NCBI GenBank assembly: GCA_004022145.1
Contig: RCNU01000001.1
Strand: one strand, 5' to 3'
Length of the DNA: 64,000 nt
Origin: Paecilomyces variotii
Lineage: Eukaryota
The notes beneath the pieces were generated by a model. The model was not told where the DNA came from. It did no database searches and was given only the letters and a program-made list of their open reading frames with translations. This document shows positions 1 to 13,044 of the stretch, in pieces. A program made the position numbers and the translations under genes. Positions within the stretch are counted from its first letter, which is position 1, and every line of letters begins with the position of its first letter.

Positions 1-1279
1 GTCGTAGATCTCTAGACTCTGCAAAGGCAGTGTCCGGACCAAAGTCCTGAGGTGCGGCCTTGGGTGTCACCGGTTCCGATATCTCATTCTTGGGATCTTT
101 TACAGAGGATTGCGGTGATGGATTCTCTTCCTCGAGAGTGTGTAGACCGCCATCCGATACGCCGCTGGCAGCTCTCTTTTCCAACAACGAGTTTTCCTCA
201 CTGTATCCTGAGACTCCAGAGGCCATGCTGCCTAAGCTAACGGTTCGAGCCAAGTCCTTTCTTCCTCGAGCTTGTAGATCGTCGTTATGGCCAGGTACGG
301 CGCCTCCTGACTGAAGCGCATAGTCCATTCCCATTGTTGCATCGCTGTTCGTGTCGGTATTGGTGCTGGTAACAGACGAATAGGAGAATCGATGCGTAGA
401 TTGACGACTTGTCAAGAACTTGGGTCTGTTGCGCCTCCTATCAACCACGGAGCCTGATGCACTGAGACTATCCCCTTCGTCGCCGCTTTTATTACTGAAT
501 AATCGGGGCCCAGGCGACAAGCTCCTCCCTAATGATCTGTTCCTCGCTGTTGGGTCTAGATGATCTTCGGGACTCAGGAGGGGCGATCCAATGGCCGATC
601 GATCTGGCGCATCATCGTTGGTCTCAGTGTTCTTCGAAGCGGTAGACAGGACCCTAGCAACAGCTCTGCTGGCGGCAGCCGTTGTAGGTGACGACGTGAT
701 CGTCTCCAAGGATGTAGTATTGCCTTCATAAGGGCTGGGTGTAGCCTCCAGATCTGTAGTCTCATGTCCATCATGTTCTTCAGATGCTGCCCATCCCTGC
801 TCCGCACCATTTCCTTCGTGTAATTCGACCCTGGCCGCAGGTGACGAGTGCACCCGGCTCGTATCTAAAGGGCTCGTTCCAGCATCGCCCGTCACTCCAA
901 CCAGGTAGGTATCATCCGCGCCGACACTGGATCCCGGCGCAGCCATTCCCACCGTCGAGGGCTCTGGTAGAAAGCTCGATTCCATCTCCATGAGTTTTCT
1001 TCGCATCTCCCTCTCCTCCATCAATGTCTGATTGTTCTGGTGATCGTGGTCATCGTCCCGCGACGGAGAGAAGACACTGCTGCTGTCGTCGTGATCCATC
1101 GTGAGCGAGGGAAGCGGGAGAGAGGTTGTGCTATCATCATGCGTCGCATACTCCGCTGTCACACGGTCGTCTGTATGCTCGTTAGCGGTGTTGGATTCCC
1201 TGACGTCGCCGGTTTCCCCTTTGGCCGCAGCGTCGGTGGGATCCTGACCATGGTCCTCCCCTCGCGGCTCCTCCGCCAT
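1..1279 (-). CDS. 5' part of a large low-complexity protein, probably ApsB/Mto1-like MTOC protein (runs off window start)
   Basis: Minus-strand frame from ATG 1279 (MAEEPRGEDHGQDP...) appears open to the window edge. It contains EEREMRRKLMEMESSFLPEPS and DYALQSGGAVP...VSLGSMASGVSG, which I recall from the N-terminal part of Aspergillus ApsB. The diagnostic Cnn_1N domain would lie outside the window. Confidence 0.55.
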   Translation of the reverse strand, partial: MAEEPRGEDHGQDPTDAAAKGETGDVRESNTANEHTDDRVTAEYATHDDSTTSLPLPSLTMDHDDSSSVFSPSRDDDHDHQNNQTLMEEREMRRKLMEMESSFLPEPSTVGMAAPGSSVGADDTYLVGVTGDAGTSPLDTSRVHSSPAARVELHEGNGAEQGWAASEEHDGHETTDLEATPSPYEGNTTSLETITSSPTTAAASRAVARVLSTASKNTETNDDAPDRSAIGSPLLSPEDHLDPTARNRSLGRSLSPGPRLFSNKSGDEGDSLSASGSVVDRRRNRPKFLTSRQSTHRFSYSSVTSTNTDTNSDATMGMDYALQSGGAVPGHNDDLQARGRKDLARTVSLGSMASGVSGYSEENSLLEKRAASGVSDGGLHTLEEENPSPQSSVKDPKNEISEPVTPKAAPQDFGPDTAFAESRDLR

Positions 1280-2701
1280 CTAGTAGGAATTTGAGCCGTT
1301 CGTCGTCGTCGTTTCGAGTACTATTTCGTCTCGCGCGGGGAGAAAACGGCGACGAGTCCTGTCCGCGTTGAAACCGCAAGGTAACACGAGGACCTTCTTT
1401 TGCGTTGTGTAGGAAACGTAATAATCGGAGAGCCTCTAGTAGTCCATGTAAATTCGCTATTATTGTTTTAGCCCTGCTTCGGTTTGATCACCCTGGTTTT
1501 GGTTTGGCGCAGACACTGCTCGGACTCCGTCGATATGGTGACGGCACCCCGAGATTATTGTTTTGTTTCTCCACACCCCTAGCCTAGCCAACTTTGTTCC
1601 CACCTGCAGGAGGACCGAGCTGGTCTAGTGTGGCAGAATAATGGCGACGGTGTGTTTGGGAGAGAAATGACTTCAGTAGAGTTCAGGACCGGCGGGAAAG
1701 AAAGTCCGTATATTCATCTGACGATAGCTGTAGACGGGGAGATCATTGTTCAATTATTATGGATTGATTGATCGATCAGTTATTGATGAGGGCAGGGGTG
1801 GGAAGAGAAGCATAAGAAAACAGTGTCGGTGCGGTCTGAGTTGAACGGGAGATCGACTGTTATTATTGCAGATCTTCTTTCTGGCCTGATAAGAGATGGG
1901 GAAAGAGAGCAGAGATGCATGCATGGATGGGAGAATCCAGTCTCTGATGTGTTGTGCATTCGACAGTCTCTTGATGGTTAACTAGAGAGTAGGATTATTA
2001 TTTACATTCGGTCCGGGTCCCGTGGTTCTTCCCCGATCGGGCAGCGCTTATCCCCACGGCCATGGCTCCGCAGAAAGACTTTACTACCACGCCTTCCCTG
2101 TCGCATCATCACAATGCCACAGCCTACATCAACAAACGGGCCTAACCATGGTCTATGTGTATTAATACTACAGGGAGTGTAGACAGAAAGGCGCTGAGCT
2201 TGAAATTAGTCGTATATATTATATGAAAAGCTATCGTTAACCCGTCATACGATTTCATCAAGTCCCATCCCGCACAAACAGAGAAACAGACACGAGACTC
2301 CTGTAGCCCCAGTCCCAGAAGCCCACAAGTAATCAGAGAACCAACAAGTATAGAGCAGAAGACCCGTCACAGGCCACAGCCGCCTAGCTAGACGATCTGA
2401 CGGTGATAAGTCGGACTAGAAAAGAATAAGAGAAAAGGAGGGATGGAGAAAAGGCTTTTTCTGAACAGATCGTGCGACGACGCAGACATAGCAGAGCTCA
2501 TGGACAATGATTAAAATGGATGAGGGATATCTGAAAACGCCCGACACTGTAACATAAACAGGAAAGGTATCCATATGAAAAAGAAATGCAGGTGAGCCCT
2601 GGGGCTAGTATAACGCTGACAGGCTGAGCATATATCCGACGAAGGGACCTATGGTTAAAGAGGCAGTCGTTTAGAGGTGCAGAAAGATGGTTATTTTGCA
2701 G

Positions 2702-5700
2702 CTAAGCAGCGACAGAGACCTCCTCGGGCGCTTCAGCAGAAGCGACTTCCTCTTCTTTGGGGTCTTCTCGCTCTGCATAGATCTTCGCTTTTTGAGCCTG
2801 CGCGTATCGCAAACAATCGATATACGTCCGGAATTTGACAATCTCCCGCAATAGATAAGAAGACTTCCGCTCCCAGTTAGCCATGGCTTTGGCCGCGTTG
2901 GGATGTTTGGGAGAGAAGGCCAGGATCATCGCCGGCCTTAGCTCGTTGTGTTTCTGCAACTCGGCTTCCACATTCTTGACATAATTCTGAAGAGCCTTGA
3001 GCTGTTCTTCCTCCGGAAGATTCGAGGCAACCATGCTTTGCTGAGGAGGCGCCCAATCGCTGATCATTACTCGATCAGCAGGGAGCTTCGGTCGCACACC
3101 TTGCTGGTCGATGGAGCTCCGAATAGAGCTTTGGAGACTCGGGCGCGCGGCTCCAGCCGAGCCTGGTGGTGACCTCGTATCTGCGTGGATCACAGCACTG
3201 TTGATGACCGAATCACTCCAGCCGTACTCGATGTTACTGACTCCTCCAATGAGCGGTTCCTTAGACAGTCTCGCGCTCCAATAGTTGGCCGTTGTGACAA
3301 ACTCTTTCACAATCTCGGGCGTGCCGGCCTGGAACAAGTGCACCGCACCAGTCGGCAAGCTCAGAGCCCATACATGTGGTCTCGACTTTGAATACCCAGG
3401 CGGAGGCAAGGCACTGGCAATGGTCTGCCGAAGAAGAAACTTCCATACTTCCTCCGCATTTTCCATCCAGTTGCCCCCGCCAACGATGCCACCACCGTTC
3501 CTCGTCTTCTTCTGCCTCATGGACTTTGTAGAAGCATTGAACGAGAACAGGCGCATCCATCCTTGCTGGATGACGGCGAAACACTCGTTCCAGTTGCGAT
3601 CCTTGGCCTTCTTGTCGACAGCGTCCAAATGGTGCTTGTGCTTGAGGCTGCCTTCCTTGGCCCATGGAGCGCCTGCGAGTTCCAGTGTCTCATCCTCCAG
3701 CAGAGGCGTCGTTCGAGGGAATTCTTCAATGCTAGTTATAGACTTCGAAGAGTCTTCGCGGATTATTGCTTGACTGAGGGCATTTGCGAATCCGATCGAC
3801 TGCTGATACTCGCCTCGCGGATAATCTGAACCGAGGGAATCAACAGACATGGAGGTCAACGTCTTGCCCAAAGAATACTTACTCCACGTACTTGATGCAG
3901 AAGGGCTCCAGAAGGAAGACTGGTCATCCAGACTAGTGCGACTACCCATCGCAGAGTTGGGGTACAGTCCCCTCCGCCCCGAGCGCGGTTTCGACGACGG
4001 CCAGCGGGCAGTTGCAGAGCGCGAGTCTACGGAACGCCCCCGCGAGGAAGGGTAAATGTCAGATCCGCTCTTGCTCAGCGTGCTAGGAGTCCTGCGAAGT
4101 CCTTGGCTATTCGGTCCTAGGAAGTTATTGGATTGATCACTCTCAGGATCTGCGCCATACAGCGGGAGCCTGTGCTTCTGGATGGAGCTGTAGAAGTCCT
4201 TCAAGACAGCCTCGACCTGCACTTCCCATGCTCTCATGGTGCCGGTAAAAGGCACATTGACCAGTGGGCCGGGATCAATGTTTGACGTTGTGGAAGCACT
4301 CGGCCGCAACGTCAGCATTACTTTCGAAGCTCTCTTGTCCGAGATGTCCATGTCGGATCCCGCATCGGATTTGGTTGATAGACCTGACTCAGAAAAGGGA
4401 AGTGGGACTCTGCTCTTGGTGCTGGCACGAATGGTATCGAAACTATCTGGCGCTGCATCCATCGCCACTCGATGAATAGTGGGCATAGTATTTCTAACAA
4501 ACTGGGCTTTGGTCATTTTCTGCTCGATGTCCGCAACATGGAGATCCGTATTCAAAAGAAGCAGAGAATAACAGATAGTGTGAACAACATCTGCTCTGCG
4601 TCAGTATGCACCCAGGTAAGAAGTAGTAGGCTGCACTTACCAGGGGCCTTAAAGCCGTGGTACGGGTTACATTCGCACCACCTAGAAGAAAATGCGTCCA
4701 GGACTCTATCAACTTGCTGGGTTTCACCTTTCAGTGTCGTCCGCGTGCACAAGCTGCGCAGGGCCGAGAGAATATTCATGTCGGACCAATCATAGAGCTC
4801 CATATAGGCCTTCCGGACCATAGAACGGTCAGGGTGTCCTAACCAAGCTGCGGCAGGCTCATTACCCGTGATCCTGTCTTGGTTATCGAACACCTTCTGG
4901 GCAATTTCATAATCTGCCGGAGATGGTTTGCCGTCGGGTGTGCTCTCTTCTGCCGTTGCATCAAGAGGGGAAGTTGGTTTGGACTTGGGGTCCTCCGAAA
5001 TCACAGGAGTGTTTGATGCCGTGACATAGTTTGATACGTCTGACATGGACGCCCTAGAAGAGTCGCCAAGCACATCAATGGATAGAGGAGCTCCGGTGGG
5101 CTCGTCTGGTCTTTCCGCAAAGGAGCCAAGATCATGCTGTACCGAAGAGCGCCTTTCCTCGTCGTCCGCAGGAGCGACAGTCGGCTGTTTGGCCACGGAG
5201 ACTGTTTTCCCAACGGATACCCCATTCAGGAAGCTCTCCCGGCTTTGCAACATGTTTGGAGGTAGAGGGACATCCACCGAGGCATTGAACATATGCCCAG
5301 GAGCCACGGGGCTTGTGCTGGGTCTCCGGGGCTTGTCTTCACCAGTACATCCGGACTTATCATTCAAGTCCTCGTTTCCACTGCTCTCATGGAGGAACGA
5401 GTCGAGAGGTTCGCGATTTTGGAAGTCAAGATTTAGACTATATTTCGTTCTCAACACAGGGCCCTTGGTAGCAGAAGCACTGGCTCGCTGAGCACCACGA
5501 GCGTTTTGCGTCCGCATATCAGTTGCAACGTCACCGCCTGTACTGTCCGCAAGAAACTCTTCCTCGGAATCAGTCTTACCACCAGGTACGGCCGACGAAC
5601 CGTCGATCAAGTAAGGATCCAGCGTCTTCCGCAGATCGTTCGCCACGCTTGGTTCCCCTCGACTTTGTTCCGAAAGTTTCAATGCATTCTGCGGGAGAGA

Positions 5701-7137
5701 GCCAGCCGGTAGAGGGACATCGGCCACTGACTTCTTCCGGCGACGGAAGAATGATGGCTTCTTGTTAATCACCTGTTGGCCGGTCTCGCGAGTGGGGGTG
5801 TTTCCCGTAGAGGGTTGTTTCGAGTTCTGTTTCCATCCTTTGTTGACCGCAGCAGCGGGGTTGAGATCCCTTGGCTCGCTCTCCTGCTGAGATCCCGGAC
5901 TCTCGACCGTGTATGGGTTGTCATACTGTGCCGAGATTAGATTCTTGGACGACCCGAAAACACGCCGGAAGAAACCCGGTCGTTCCTTGGTTGGAGCCGG
6001 ATCTACAGGCGGTATACACGGCTTGTTATACGAGATTGTTGGACTAGGAGCAGGCGGGTTGGCGTAAGCATCAGGTATAGGCGGCGGAGGCTCTCGTAAA
6101 GCCTCCTGGAAAGACTTGAAGTCGTTATCACGGGCTTTCACACTGGGGGTCCCCACAGCTTCCGCGCGGCCCTTCTTGGTGTTGTTGCTCTTGGCTGATT
6201 TGATGCTGTTTCTACGAGACATTGCAGGTGTTCGCGGAGCCTGTGGCGGCTGAAAAGGCGCAATATCATTGCCAGGAATATCATGATTCCTCCGCGGACC
6301 GGCGGGCACTGTCGGAGTAGGAGCGGCCTCCAGATCGTCTGCTAACATCCTCTCCCCAGGCATTGATTCCGATAATGGGATGAACGGTAGCCTCGAACCG
6401 AAATCGAAGCTTGCGGATCTCCTTTGTCCAATTCGGCTACCGGCAATCATCTGCGCAAAGTCAATGTTGGATGAAGCATTACTTTTCGTACTACTTTTCC
6501 TCGCAAGATGAGACCGGCTGGTCTGAGTTCTTTCCCCAGGCAATGCAACACGTTGCGAATCGTAGACTCGACCTCGACTGTTGGTGCCATCTCCATCCCC
6601 AAGGCTATCGATTCTTTTCAATCCCGGCTGGTAATTTGAGCTGCTATTGCTCCTATGCCCTCTCGTCGACTGGCTCGACCGCCGTCCCGGGCCATCGTCC
6701 GGGGGCACGTCCGCATCGGACGACATGGACGACGAGAACGTATGACCTCGATGCCGCCCCTCCCCCAAGGCAAATTGTAGTCCCAGATTATATGGTTCGG
6801 CAGTGGACCCGAAGAAGCGGGAGTCATCTAAGAAACCCGAGCTGAATTGATCGAGGGAAAGAAGCATGTTGTCGACTATGGAAGTTCTGGTGACGTGCTT
6901 TGGCGATAACGCCAAGTCGTGGGGATCGCGCTCATCGTCCGAATCACTGTCCCTCCGGCTATCGTACATTGCAGCCTCTGGGAAAGCATCTCGTAGGGAC
7001 GGTCGTCTCGTATGGCCTCGACTGGAGGACTTGTAGCGAGGGGTTCGAGGGGGGGAATCGTCCTGCTGCTGTTGCTGGTACATCTTGACGCTTCGACTTG
7101 TCCGGGTGGTGGATGGCCTCCGGGAGTACTCAGCCAT
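2702..7137 (-). CDS. Sec7- and PH-domain ARF guanine nucleotide exchange factor (Syt1/Yel1/EFA6-like), 2 exons
   Basis: ORFs 4552..7137 and 2702..4555 are joined by a GT-AG intron at 4591-4640. Sec7 motifs LKGETQQVDRVLDAFS and HTICYSLLLLNTDLH; PH domain KEGSLKHKH...WALSLPTGAVHLFQAG. Confidence 0.9.
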
Positions 7138-9285
7138 TGATGGTCAGTATCGACAGATCCCGATGCAGTCTGCGAAAGATGGCCATCCAGAGTTAGAACA
7201 GAAGACCGCAGAACCAACAGAACCAAGCAAAGCAACCCAACGGTAGCCAGCAACAATCCGCAATCGGTCTCCTGGGCGTGTTCAAGGGCTGTTTGATGAA
7301 GCTCAATTGGCAGTTGAGAGGTTTCCCGTTGTACAGTACGAACGCCGGGCAGTGTGCACGACGATCACTGGGATATCGGAGACAGAGTTAAACTCCTCGT
7401 GTGAGGGTTGGCCAGGCCCATTGAGGATGCGCTTGTGAGGAAACCCAAGACGGAAATAATAAAGGGTCGTCTTGTCGATGTGAGATCGGAAGTTGGACGA
7501 GCGCAGCCCGTGCGGCGATGATAGTCGAAGCGGTTGGCCTTCCTTGCCGGCTTGAACTCTGAGACGCGAGCGATTCCAGTCGATAGGGAGCCCACTACTG
7601 GGGGAGTGTTTAGGCCGTCGTTGAGCGATCAGTGGAGGATAGGCGCAAGGGGGCGATATCCACGTTGTTCCTCCTTCAGGGGCAGCGATGCTCTCGACTG
7701 GGTTGCCAGCCGCCTCGGCGCAAAACTAGCTGGGTTTAGCTGCTGGACACTATCTATCGACGGCTTGTCCGCCTGTCAGCGTTGTTTGCTAGCATCAACT
7801 TTCAAGAAAGAATGTCTTGTTCCAGCCAGGATGATGCTGGCTGCAGTGAGGAACCCCGTCTTCCAAAGGGTAACTAGTTATCGTTCGGAGATCAAGGGGG
7901 GTCCATATCTGCCACTATCGTTGCAGCACTGAAGAACACCCATCCGAACTACTGCTGCTGTACAACAGACCGGAAGAATCATAGTCGCTCTCGAGATAAT
8001 AATAATCAAGTCTGGATGTTTCACAACTGAGTTTCCCAGTTTCCCAAGTTCACCAAGACACGACCGTGTCCAAGATCTTGGTGCATCGAGAATAATAATA
8101 ATTATTATGGTATTTAATAACAACCATAATTGACGACTCCTATATAATTGCTTTTTGCAACACTCCAACCAGGCTCTACTTTCTGCTCTATCTATCTAGT
8201 CTGCTTCAGTCTGGCCAGGATGCGCACTTGGTGGCGCTCTTGTCGGTGGATCGCCTGGATTAAGAACGGTTTGCTTTAGAGTAGTTATGGTACATTATTA
8301 ACATTCTCAACGAGAAGAAGAATAATAATAATAAATGATGCGATGAAGAGACTTTTTGTGTACTTGAGATGTGAAAGGCCAATCAATAAACAGCCTCACA
8401 TTTTCATTTTGTCTCTCGCAGTGCAGTAGTTATTCTTATATTATAATCATGACGGATGATAGGAAACACTTGTCAGTCTCCGATTGTCTTCCCGTAAGAA
8501 CTGACAGCGCAAATCATCAGCGTCTCTGGATTAGAAGAAAGCTTATGAACAACACACTCGGGACACTGACTTTCTGATCTGTCTTAGGCGTGAAAAGCAA
8601 ACAAGAAAAGCAATTATGATGACAATAGAATCTCGTCCAAGCAGGACATTGGAGACTTGAGTTCGATAGCGTTATCAACTAATTCCTTTACTCAAATAAC
8701 TGCGCATCATTAAGATCCCGGATGGAAGAGTACTCCTGGACCAATAATAACAAACTCAAAGGAGCAGGAAGGACGATATAGACCTGACTGCTGATAAGAT
8801 TCAAGTTCTCTATAAGTTGTATCTTGCGAGTAAAGTCCCTTTGGCATAGGATTTCTCAGCGATGTTGATTGATAGCCTCAAGTTGCGATGCTGCAGCTGT
8901 ACACGCAAATGCTGTTACTGTACAATACAAATAGATCACATGGATCATCATATCTATTAACTATACCCTTGACAAACCTCTAAACAAAAATAAGCAGTGC
9001 TTATGGATACAGATATCCCATTGCTCGTCCTGAGTGAAATGGCAGCCAAAAACCTACTACAGTTACACTCACTGTGATGAACGCGGTGCTGGATCGACCG
9101 ACTAAGTGATGAACCAGTTAGCCTCCGCGGACAACCTGCCTAACGGACCTCAGCTCATCGGCCAAACTAGCATACAGGCAACCCGAACCGTTGTACAGAT
9201 CGCTCAGGACCCATTCAACTCCATTTTCTCCTCCTCACTCTCCTATATACTGAGCCATAAACTTATTCTACCTTCGTCGCAGGCG

Positions 9286-10508
9286 ATGAACCCTCACATT
9301 TCAGTCCCGCGACAACATGGCGCCACGAGCTTCGGTGGTACCACGCCGTCGAGAGGATCCGCTGTACGAATGCCACGGTTCTTCAAGAGGTGCGCACTGG
9401 CAGTCCCCGGCCTTCATTGTTCTTGCAGACGGCTATGCGAGATTGGGAACGGTCTCTAACGCGTGTGGGTGTCCTGCAGGCTCTTCAAGTTCCCCCAGAT
9501 GGACTTCGAGATGGCTATCTGGGAGATGACGTCGCTAATCATCGCGCCAAAGAAGGTCTTCAAATCCATGTATTATCATGTGAGTTTCAATCTTCCTATA
9601 CGCGTACTCTCTGTCTCTCTCTTTCTCGCTATAGGACCCCATGCTAACGGCTTTCGGCCCTCTAGAAACGTACGGCCTCCTCCGAATCTATCTCGTTGTA
9701 TCGTCTACGACCTTGTTAAGGTCACCAGACATAAAACAATCACAAAGCTGATACTGGATTTGGATTATATACAGAAACGAAAAACACATGGCACCGACCA
9801 GACCCGTCCTTCACCTACCTGCTCTCCTTCCTGCTCGTCTTGACCGCTCTGGCCTGGGGACTCGCATATGCGCCGTCCTTCGGCGCCATTGTCCGCATGT
9901 CGCTGCTCTTCGTCTTCGTCCACTTTATAGGGTCGTCATTACTCATTTCGACCGTGGCATATCTCTGTGTGGGACGGCTGTTTGGACCTAATGGAGCTGC
10001 CGGCAGCTTCACCGGGCTCCGGGGTAACAGATACCGCAGGCGAGGAGCAGCGCAGGGTTTATTTGCGCAGCCGGGAGAGAAAGAACAGATTGAATTTGGC
10101 TACTGTTTCGATGTATGTTTCTCCTCGACCCTTCATGATTATTCTCGGGCAAGATATCGTTTCCCATCCACTCTTGGTAACTAACCTATTGAATAGGTCG
10201 CTAACCGCGCCTTCTTCCCACTCTATCTCCACCTATATGTCGTGCAGTTCCTCCTGCTGCCCCTCTTGACATTGAACCCGACGAACTTCTTCGCCGTCTT
10301 CGTCGGAAACACACTCTATCTCTCCGCCTTCACATATTACACCTACATCACCTTCCTTGGCTACAATGCCCTACCTTTTCTCCATAACACCGAGCTTCTT
10401 CTCCTCCCGATCGTCGTTTTCGCTGTACTGTGGCTGGTGAGTCTCATCGCACGTTGGGGCGTGATCATGCCCGGCCACGCAGTGGAGGGGCTATTTCTCG
10501 GTGTCTGA
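9286..10508 (+). CDS. GMH1: UNC-50/Gmh1 family Golgi membrane protein, multi-exon including a 4-nt microexon
   Basis: Spliced translation gives MPRFFKRLFKFPQMDFEMAIWEMTSLIIAPKKVFKSMYYHKQTKNTWHRPDP...IEFGYCFDV...YTYITFLGYNALPFL, typical of the UNC-50 family. Canonical introns. Confidence 0.9.
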
Positions 10509-11252
10509 TTTTGATTGCTGCACGGAATAGCAATGCATTGCATCATTAATATGATATGCCTAGCGATGAATGTCATTTCCTCGAAAGGCCCATGTTGCAT
10601 AGTTCCAAGAGAACATTTGTATGACAAAAGAACGTGACATTTTCTATATCTTTATTTTTTATTCTGTTGCTTGTGATATCTTTTTTTTTGGTTTTAATTT
10701 CCGGCGTTCAAGATAGAGAGCTATCTGGTCACTGTTAATGTGTGTTGCTCATGTCATGTCCTAATGCATCTTTTCGTGGCGATCCCCTATTCCCAATCTC
10801 TAGGTCTAGGCCCTCTAGTATATATCATTTACCACAGTTCTTAGGGACTATTGTAATGCAGTATTTCCTCCATTTGTACTCTGATTTTCTGCAAGAGGCT
10901 ATGCATTCAATATTCGTTTAGGACAACAGTATTGATTTATTTCTATGTCTACCTTGTTCGGAAAGGTATCCAGAATCTTGTATAGTTCATATCACCAAAC
11001 ACAACAGATAAGAATGTGTGCAGAGTTGAATCCAAGGCAATGTTTTGCTAACGGATCAGAATATATTTCTGAATATCCCAATATGTACCCCTCACAGAAA
11101 CCCACAGAGAGACCGCCAAATGTCATAAACCACATGAAATCCCTATCACAATCCCATCGTGCTGTTGCTGGTGGTGGATAACGGCAAGAATGAAAGACAG
11201 GGAGGGAAAAAAAGGAGGCTCCAATGCTATTTATTTTATAGTTGGGCGGCCT

Positions 11253-12225
11253 TTATTTCTTCTGCGCTTTCTTAGTTCCCTTCTTCGCACCAGGTCCCAT
11301 AGCAGCTTCGCGCAATTTCCTCTCTCTCTCAAGCACTTCAGCGCGCGCTTTCTTACGCTCCTCTTCTTCCTCCTTCTCCGCCTGCTTACGGGCCCTTTCT
11401 GCTTCTCTCTGCTCACGGATAATAGCCAACCGAGCAAGGTCCGCCCGCGCCTCGTCCGTCTTGCCCTCCGCGTGGAGTTTCATATACCGCTCGCGCGCCT
11501 GCTGCGCCTGAATAGCCTCACGTTCGCGACGAGAAAGCTGCGAGAGATCCTTGCTACTCTTCGCTTTGGCCTTCGCCGGTTCTTCTTCAGTAGCTGGTCC
11601 CTTCGCGGCCTGCGAGCGCGATTTCGCAGTATGGTTCGGGTTCGCGGGCATATCGCCGTCTGATTCTTCCTCGGACTCGGAGTCGGAGGGAGGCAAGTCA
11701 CCTGGCGCAGCGGCAACTTGGCGTTTCTTTGCGAGGGCGGCTTCTTTCTTAGCTTTGGCTAGAGCTCGACGTTGTTCGCGGGTCATTTCTTGTTGGTTTC
11801 CTCCCTGTGCGGAGGGGCCGTCTTCGTCGGATGATTCTTCGGAGCCGGATTCTTCGTCCTCTTCTTCGTCGGATGAGGATTGGATGTCAGCGTCGGGTTC
11901 CTAATGTATGGGTATATTGATTAGTATCTTTTCTTTCCTTCTTTTTTTCTTTCCTTCTAGGTTGATGGAGAAGATATAGCTAAGAAGCGTAAGAACGTTA
12001 CATACCCGCCATAAGCTCACAGCATTACCGTCCTTATCGATCGGTTGTACATCTCGACTGAAGTGTTTTCCGCCTGTAATTGTAGCACATCACGTCAGAC
12101 TCAATATTCATAATATATTTTCTGGCAACATTATCTGTTCCAAGAAAGAAAGAGAAAGAGAAAGAGAAACCCCTACCTCCTCTCGACGGCTTGGAAAATT
12201 TCCCTCCACGACCGCGGGGCGCCAT
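11253..12225 (-). CDS. PP28/PDAP1-like acidic phosphoprotein (casein kinase substrate domain), 3 exons
   Basis: Start [17 protein letters not shown], an acidic tract, then [45 protein letters not shown] (PP28 motif). Confidence 0.85.
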
Positions 12226-13044
12226 GCTGGGCTATCTATGAGTGAATATGAGAAACGCGGAGTCTAGATATAGTTCCTCCTGGAAAAATGAAATCTGTTA
12301 GGAAGGTATCCCTATCATCAAACTTCTCGCATTGGGTATATGATCATACCTATGACTCGTCTCTGAACAGAACAGAAGACGCTCGGAGAATTTGAATTTG
12401 CGGGGTGAGGCTCCGTAGAGATACTTAAGACGCGACCAAAAAAAAAGGTGGAAAGATTGGAATGTCCTTATGGCAGATTTCAACCAGGACAACAGAGCGC
12501 GTCGGAGATGGGATAGGCCCCAAGATAAAGAAACAAAGCACGAGAGCGGTTCTTCTGTTGTTTAGTTAAAAGGTCGACCTGACACGTCGAGTGCTGGTGA
12601 AAGCGGAGATAGGCGGGGTGGCGGGCGGTAAGTAAACCACACTGGACCCCTCCATTACTTATGACTATTTAACCCCAGAACCAACCGTGGAGCTTGAATT
12701 ACGATATCTCGTGTTTTGCTTTGAAAGGCGCTGGGGATCACTGTCAGCTCGTCTCGCGAGATGTTTCATATCGCTCGAGATGCTACGATCGAGGTATATT
12801 ATTCTTCAGGTCTTCTTTGATGAACATGTCCCATTGTTCGTATACCACCTACCTAAAGTTGGGAGCACGTCACCAATTATTGCCTGATGAACTATAAGCT
12901 AGCCAAGACGTTCGATCACATTACGATGTGTTAGCATTTCTTAAGTGAGATTATGATGGGCTACTTTGTCATCCAAAACTCTGTCATAAATGATTTTTAC
13001 GTGCGAACTGGTATCACAACGATTACGCCAAGGAAACATCCAAA

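Noticed and set aside
52-7256. Many 60-160 aa ORFs antisense or off-frame to the apsB-like and Sec7 genes
   Set aside because: Shadow ORFs of GC-rich coding sequence with no recognisable motifs. The same applies to similar ORFs throughout the window.
7365-8577. ORFs in the Sec7-GMH1 intergenic region (e.g. 7534..7932)
   Set aside because: No motifs or splice structure, several non-ATG starts, and (AAT)n runs typical of promoter or UTR DNA.
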